A stretch of DNA of 64,000 bases from Tubiluchus corallicola (lineage: Eukaryota > Animalia > Priapulida). The stretch spans positions 808,282 through 872,281 of the forward strand of contig JAQGDQ010000016.1 of NCBI GenBank assembly GCA_030141605.1. The letters run 5' to 3'. Every line of letters begins with the position of its first letter. Positions within the stretch are counted from its first letter, which is position 1. Below are positions 56,710 to 64,000 of the stretch, piece by piece. The position numbers and the translations under genes are program-made. The notes under the pieces were generated by a model. That model saw nothing but the letters and a program-made list of their open reading frames with translations, ran no database searches and was not told where the DNA came from.

Positions 56710-58074
56710 GTGAGTTTAGGTTAGCCAACCACTGCATTTTGCCATAAACTTATTGCTGGCTCGTCAGATTGAAAATATAAACCCAACTTTAGTAAACACC
56801 TATCTAAATTATCTATCTAGCAGAGCTTATCTTCAGTTGAAATTACTCGTGCTATTTTCTTTCTTCATAAATTATTTCTAGCCATGTCCCAAGAGCTGAC
56901 ATTCCTAGCAAAATCTTAAAGGAAAAGCCAAGACTCCCGGGAAGTTAGGCTTGTTATAGCGTTCGCAAAAAGTATTAGAAAGTTTCAGCAATAAAAGTGC
57001 GATAAGCACCTCAAATAATTAGTAAAATCATTTTAAAATCGCGATCAATTCAAACGTGCGCCCTTTCATTTTGATCGAACAATGACGTTATGTGACCAAT
57101 AAAAGAAAAGTAACGTCGTGTAAAGATATACAGAATATTTACAAAAAAATAGATATAGGATATATTTCCGAGTGAACGTTAAGGAATGTGCAGAAGTTTG
57201 TATTAGTTTCAGCGAATTTGGCCAGCTCTATATTAATCATTGTATGTATTTTGAAGCAAATCCCATTTTTTCAAAAAAAAATTTTTGTACATAAAAATGC
57301 ACTGCAGGTTGTTTTGACTCTTGCCTTTTCCTTTAATCTAATAACGCTAAGTTTAAACAGCAGTAATGGTAAGAACTTGATCTATAATACGATACCACAG
57401 TTTGTCTTCTCAAATTAATTTTAGAATAAGTTTCTTTAAAGGATTCCAACCCTGTTATTCTAGTGGAATGATAGAAATGTAGACTGAATGATTAATTATT
57501 CTTAATAAAAAGACGACGTAGACTATGGATGAACGATTCTGAACTCATAATTAATTACAAATTTAAATTAACAGCTAGTAATTACACTGGCAAGAATAAG
57601 CTACAGCTCTCGAAAATGTTAAATTAGCAGGTAAAGATTCCTGTAGAATTAAGACCAATGCTGAGCTTGTTGGTTGCACTGTCTCTGGTGACGCTGAGCC
57701 TGATCTGTAAACACGCATGTGCAGCGTGCGAAATTCTAGCTATATTTTGTTGCAATCACGAATAGTTTTTTGTACGGAAAATTTTACGTAGATTATTTAT
57801 ACTGAAATTTCAAGTTTTGTTTGCTTCCTAAGATAGGCAAGTTGTGGCCAAATCAAATTTGCTTATGACTTGGTATGACTGTCACATCTGTCTCTGAAAC
57901 TTCGACATTAATTGTTAAATTAAAAGTGAGAATTGGGTTATTATCAGTTCGTGTTCATAAATGTGCTGTAATTATAAAGTCTTGAAATAACAATCACTGC
58001 ATTTTCTCTTTCTTCTCATCACACCTGCTACCCTTACAGGAAAGTTTAAAAATCAGCAGATTCCTGCTATATAT

Positions 58075-58520
58075 AGTCAGCTCACATTTTTGTACCTACT
58101 GACTTTATTACACCTCTTCACGTTGCTCTGTCAACTGACATTGTTGCACCTGCAGACGTTGCTTTGTCGGCTCAAATTGTGACACTTACTGACACTGCTC
58201 ACGTTGCTCTGTTGGCGCACATTGTTACACATATTGACTTTGTTTCATCTATTCACGTTTCTCTTTTGGCTCAAATTCTTACACCTTCTGAAATTGTTCC
58301 ATCTGCTCATGTTGCCTCTGTCAGCTCACAATTCTTATACCTACATCTGCCACTGACATTGTCCCATCTACTTACATTGGTCTGTCAGATTACATTAAGG
58401 CACCTTCTCAAATTGTTCCATCTGCTGACGTTGCTCTGTCAGATCACATTGTTGCACCTAATAACATTGCTCCATCTGCTCACCTTGCTCTGTTGGCTCA
58501 CATTGTTGCACCTACTCAAA
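58075..58520. repeat. Degenerate 18/54-bp higher-order minisatellite
   Basis: CATCTGCT recurs at 58419 and 58473 (period 54); subunits CACATTGTTGCACCTACT / GACATTGTTCCATCTGCT / CACGTTGCTCTGTCAGCT. Confidence 0.8.
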
Positions 58521-58714
58521 TGCTTTGCTTTACCACAAGATCTAGTGATCATATTTTGTTGAATGAATAAAAGATGATCACCTCTGTTTTACAACTGTTC
58601 GCAGTCGAAACGTTCAGATTTTAAGCATTTTCTCAAATCATGTTAAAGGCAGTGAAAACTGTTTTTGTATTTTTTTTGCTACCAGGTGATAGCACCGTGC
58701 ATCTTGCAGCTTAT

Positions 58715-58897
58715 TGACGATTTTTCGTAACCTACCCTATTTTGAAGCACGGTAAAATGTATACATTTTAACACCTTTAGTAAAGTCAAAAAGTTTAAGA
58801 TAATTGAATAGTAAGTTACAAACTCAATTAACGGCAAAGGAGTGCAGCTAGTGATGACGTCACAAACTAACGCAATTTTCAGCAGCACAAACATTTG
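58715..58897 (-). repeat. Dispersed repeat, homologue of 17930-18110
   Basis: The reverse complement aligns by eye along ~180 bp. Confidence 0.75.
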
Positions 58898-60987
58898 CAA
58901 AAGCAAAAAATTACTTTTGCCTGGTAATAATAAGTCATTCTTTAAAAATCAGTATGTTCCCTTTCAATATTTCGAAGAGTAGATCGTTTTGACCTACAAT
59001 TTACGATTGGGTCCGGTTTTCCTTTAATGGGCTTAATACGCGCACACCAGTCGGGGGCAATTAAAACTAGTACACCACAAAAATCATAAAGCGCACATAA
59101 AAGATTTTCCACCTGGTGGAACAAAGGTTTTTGTATTGTCAATATGTCTTGATGAGCAACTTTGGCTTAATGAACACAGCTCTACATTTTACTTATTTGA
59201 ATATTACGCTTTATTTGAACTCTTGTGAAAATGTAGCCTTCTAGAGACTGAAACAAAAATAACAAAAGAGGTAATGAACAAAAGTGATGATTGTGATATA
59301 CATTTTTTCGAATTTCACACAGTTTTGTAGTCTTATCTGGACTTCTCTCGGCATTTGCGGCTGTCATAGTTAAAATTTTCTACAAGTTTTCTCGAAAACA
59401 TCTCTATGAGCAATGTGGATGTTGTTTGTTATATTCGCAACTGATGTAAAAATTTAAGCTTTAATGGACCTCACATCCTGCCCTACTTAACTTACCTGAG
59501 TACGCAGATCACAGTCAGGCTTGCTTCTGGTCAAACTCAATAACAAACGGACATGCAAACATTATTATTACCTAAACTTACTACACTAATGACAGTTTTC
59601 ATAGCGGCATCTATTAAAACAGAACATTTCCATCAAGCCTTTGGAACGTGACAGCAAACGAGCCCCTGAGAAATCAATTACATCAATGATATTGTTAGAA
59701 TTCGACAAAATGGCGATCTGAAAACCAAAACTGTTGTGCTGATTTAAGGGCTTACGTGTTTATTAATGTCTTTACTACGTGTTTATTTATTACGTTTGGA
59801 ACTGCACAAGATGTATCCCTACAGGCTTGTAAATAGTTTGTTTCACTAATTTTTATGTTAAATTTGTTAATTTATTTTTACATTGTTTCAAACCAAACCT
59901 CATTATTTACACTGCCACTTGTTTTTTTCGAATTCTTGGCACTAAATGAGACAGTTTCACTTCATAGTTTATAAATAAAACCTATGCTTATCTGTGCAAC
60001 GGAGTAAATACCGTATTATAATAAACATTTAGTGCATATAGCGCTAATCACAAAGAACAGTGAGTGTACGATAAGGGCTACATACGTATGTATAATGTAT
60101 GCATGATTGTAAGTCATGCAACTCTTATAAGATCTCAGTACGTTCTTTTAGTTCAAACTCTTTAGATCTAAGACCGTATCTAGATTGACTTCACGTTTAA
60201 TTAGTGTGCATCCTTTTGAGACGCAATTTGTGTATACCTTCGTTAACATCGAACTGAAACATTGATAATTCCAAGTTTTCCCCATTTATCGTACTAACTC
60301 AAAACAAAGCCAATTTTTTACTGAGTGTTTTATACAAACGTTCTTTTTAGGATACGTGTAGTGTGTGTGGTAAACCTATACATGTGGTAATTTTTGGGTG
60401 TAAGCAAATAAGGAAATTCATTCCATCAGACACGTCACACATCCCGATTCGATTTCCATGTGGTCCATATTATTTGGGGAGAATAAATTTAATCTGTTCG
60501 GGAAAAATTTAATTTGTTTTAGGCCTGCTGGATTTGCAGCGACATTACATGAAAATCGTATATATAATATAGACTGTTCAACTTGCTGAATAGAAAGTAA
60601 TTCAAAAACTTATATTTAAACATTTCCGTAGGCGTGTCATCACCAACGAGTTGTCAGTAGTTTCATTCGTTAAAAGTAGATAACAGATATTCTGATTTTG
60701 TCTTCCCATGCGAAATTTAAGTTAATTTAGGTGGCTCCATTTTACCGTATTTCACAATCTTTAAAAAAACCGAGGCTGATGCTCTTGACTCAAGTAATTA
60801 GATATTTTTTGGCTTTTAAACTGTGAATGTTTTGTACGTTTTATGCCGTTTTATACGCACACTGTAGTAGAGTAAATGGATCACGTTTACCACTGTAGAA
60901 TGCTTCATATAATCATTTTAATGCAGTTGAGCGCTTCGTTATTTTAAGTCTGCACATTCTTACTTAAGTTTTGTCATTTGATTTTAG

Positions 60988-61023
60988 CTGTCAGGGATGA
61001 TCTTAGAAGCAAAATAATGCATG
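60988..61023 (+). CDS. Candidate 36-nt cassette exon in the I-II linker (AVRDDLRSKIMH)
   Basis: ttttgtcatttgattttag acceptor; ATG|GTAAGT donor; phase 1-1 with no stop codon. Confidence 0.55.
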
Positions 61024-63630
61024 GTAAGTTCAAAGTTCTGTTATTCTGCAACAGAGTCTTCTCACTCGCATTAGGTTTGCACGCCACGTTGTAGCATAGC
61101 AGTATTGTACACTCACTGTGTTTTACCACAAAGAAACAGCACTGTTTCCTAGCGTGTTACTTCATATCTACAGAAATTCAGACTGCAAATTAGCGTGAAA
61201 CTAACAAACCTCTGGCACAATATTTTTAGAAACATAATTTCTGTGCTTTGTTCGGTAAGGTTGTTATAAAAAGTTTAGTATTGAAACACAACGCTTTACC
61301 TACCTAGACCCGATTTTTTTTACCACTGCTTGCAAGAAAGCCTGCGTGTACACTTTTTTATTTCACCTATTGTTTTTTAGTAGGAATGTAGACTTATCAA
61401 TTAGGCGATTAATCGCAATTATATTTCTAACACTTAAAGTTGACGTCAAAAATTCTAAGTCACCCAGCTATGACAATCAATCAAAGTGCTGAACTATAAT
61501 AAGAAAAACTTGCTTAGAATTTGAACTCGGGTGTAAAGTAAAAAAAGTAAGAAACTTTCAATGATGCCTTAATAGCAGTTCTCAGTTTTTACCACAAGAA
61601 TCTTCATACACGGAGATCTTATTAGGTAGTTTAGATTTAAGTATTAGTAAAACAAGCGACTAACTAAATAAAAAGTGTTGAAAAGTGTGTACCATTTGTA
61701 CTTTTGCTTCGATTGTTATTTCAGTGTAAATTTCTACGTTTTTACTGAATTATAAACGCGCGTTATTTATAAGCTATGGCCTATTTGTCCACCAAATTAC
61801 AATTTCGGTGGATTGTAAACTATAATTTTCGAATTATTTTTAAACGTGTGCTAATTTGACAGTGTTGTATGAATGCACTCAGAAAAATAATAATTGTTTA
61901 TCATGTCTAAAGCTAGCTCGGCGGTATGTCGCCATCTGACTGGCTGCGTTTGCTCTCCAAAAGATGGTGAGTGAAGTTTTCCTATGAGCACACGCACAGT
62001 TTTCGCAAGAAATTCACTAAATCGTCACTTAACATCACAGCAAAATTTCTGAATTTTGTAACCAAACAGTAGATGCCACGACCCTAGCCTGTCTTCTAAC
62101 AAGGCACCACAACAATCACGTGAGCAAAGATTAATAATATTTTCAGTATTTCTCTGGTCAGCTCTCTCTCTCTCGTCTTTTTTAAACCCATTTTGATGAC
62201 GTCGTTTCACTGATATCATTTGTGCCTCAAATTTTGCCAGTGCACCACCTGATTCACAACAGGCTTTTGAGAATTCACTTTAAATCACTCAAGTCAGCAT
62301 TCAAATGACATGGTGCAGTGCGATAGAAAAATGATTGTGGTGGTACCGCAACCTGATTAACAAGGATGATAATTCAGCTTAGACACAAAATCGAGAGATA
62401 TCTCAGATTTGTATATATCTCGTTACATAATGACAAAATGTCAGCGGCAGTATCGCAGGCGAAACAACCCAGAACAAGTTTTTATCGGTTAACAATTTAA
62501 ACAACTGTAGCTGAATTTCGTAACCCACCACACGCTATGACGACTTGGTTACTCTTCCAGTCCTAAAGTCACTTTGTTACTTTCTCAGTACCAAATATTG
62601 TAATAATCGTGTCGGCCACCGAGTTTTGATTATGAAATGGATGTGTTGTATACGTTTTCACGCAGAACTTTTAGCAACGTATTGCAGCTCTATTTAACCC
62701 CAGATGGAATAGAGAAACCTGCTGCACTTTTTCTTGCACTCTGCTTTTGTTTACCTGAACCATCGAGCAGTTCCTATAACTAACCTGCGTATTTTAGTAC
62801 GAGACCCAACTGAGAACACAATAATTAAAAATCCAATTGAACTTCATATTAAAAGAACTCGTATTCTCTTTTTTTCGTCACAGAAGGATCACAGAAAGAT
62901 ACAAACATCTTTCCTGGCTTCGTAAATTTCACAAGCTGTTGACATAAGAGAAAGTATACTACTTCACCAAGAGTTCTGTTTTGTTTACCGAGTTTACAAC
63001 ATTTATTTCCTGTTTCCATAACTTTCACATATTTATACTAAAATGTCAATTAGTTTTATTACTTTACATCGCTATGTTAAACACAGACCTAATGAATTCA
63101 TTGGCCTATATACAAGTAAATATAAACGTGTCTCTGACTTCGTGGTAATAGTAATTTGGTATTAAATTGCGATTACATGTAAGACGATGCATTATGCACT
63201 AATTTTGTTTTATTATTACCAATTTTAAGTAAATTAAGAAACATAATCATCCATATGAGTCATTGAACAATAACTTTTTTGTATTTTGTAAGCAATCCTC
63301 ATTGTACTAAAATTCTTTATGATTCTTTAGAAAAAGTGCTGTGTAGCTTTAATATACAATATAACAATTCAAGGCTAATTAATTTTATGCAACTCAGTTG
63401 AAACGTACATTGTTAGGCCTATTCTTATTATTCATTTAAAAATTTTATACAGCTCTGTGCTTTGTTAGTATCAATAACGAAAATAATAATTTTTGTTAGT
63501 AACTATAAAAAAGAACAAGATAAAACATAAGACTATAATCAACAGCTAGTGTTTGTTAATTGAGAAACTTAATTCCATCTCAGATCTAATACTTATTATG
63601 GACTAGGAGCATATTATTGTATCTTTTCAG

Positions 63631-63729
63631 CCCGAAGACGAATGGCTTCCAAAAATATCAAAAATATCAAAGAAAGTAGTAAAGACACTGAAGACGAAGA
63701 TGGTGATGCTTTTACTGATATTCAAATTG
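63631..63729 (+). CDS. cac: Cav2 exon 10: ARRRMASKNIKNIKESSKDTEDEDGDAFTDIQI
   Basis: 99 nt, phase 1-1; cttttcag acceptor; GTAAGT donor; ARRR...DTE acidic linker as in invertebrate Cav2. Confidence 0.9.
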
Positions 63730-64000
63730 GTAAGTGAAATATCAGTAAATCTGTGTTAAATACAATAAAAAAAATGGCCGTAATTTTCAATGTTTTCAAT
63801 GTTAGATGAGAAATATATCCAATGAGTATCCAATTTGTAAAAATGTTGTGTCACATGTGAAAACTGGCTGATGGAGTGTCCCTTGAACATAAATAAAACT
63901 TTTCTGGCAACAAAACTAATCTAGTATTTTGCTATTTTATGGTTTTCATTTGTCTAATGGAAATAGCATTTACTCATATTGATATACCATGGGGCAGCCT

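Overview
AT-rich animal genomic DNA, probably from an invertebrate bilaterian (the protein looks protostome-like); it is not prokaryotic. The main feature is the 5' part of a + strand Cav2-type (cacophony/CACNA1A-B-E family) voltage-gated calcium channel alpha-1 gene. Ten exons (20811-63729) splice in frame and encode the N-terminus, all of repeat I (S1-S6, with S4 arginines and the pore glutamate in TMEGW) and the I-II linker with the AID/QQIER motif; the gene continues past the window. Its first visible intron is a 17.7-kb minor-spliceosome (U12) AT-AC intron. Best second-look items: a full-length 5S-rRNA-headed SINE with a 12-bp TSD inside that intron; two candidate frame-preserving microexons (36 nt and 3 nt) in the I-II linker; a near-identical tandem duplication of the exon-5 donor; and complementary (GA)n/(CT)n tracts around the pore exon. 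The rest is decayed LINEs, MITEs, tRNA-like SINE remnants and micro/minisatellites, and most ORF-track entries are repeat artefacts. All coordinates were read by eye and family assignments come from motif recall, not database searches.
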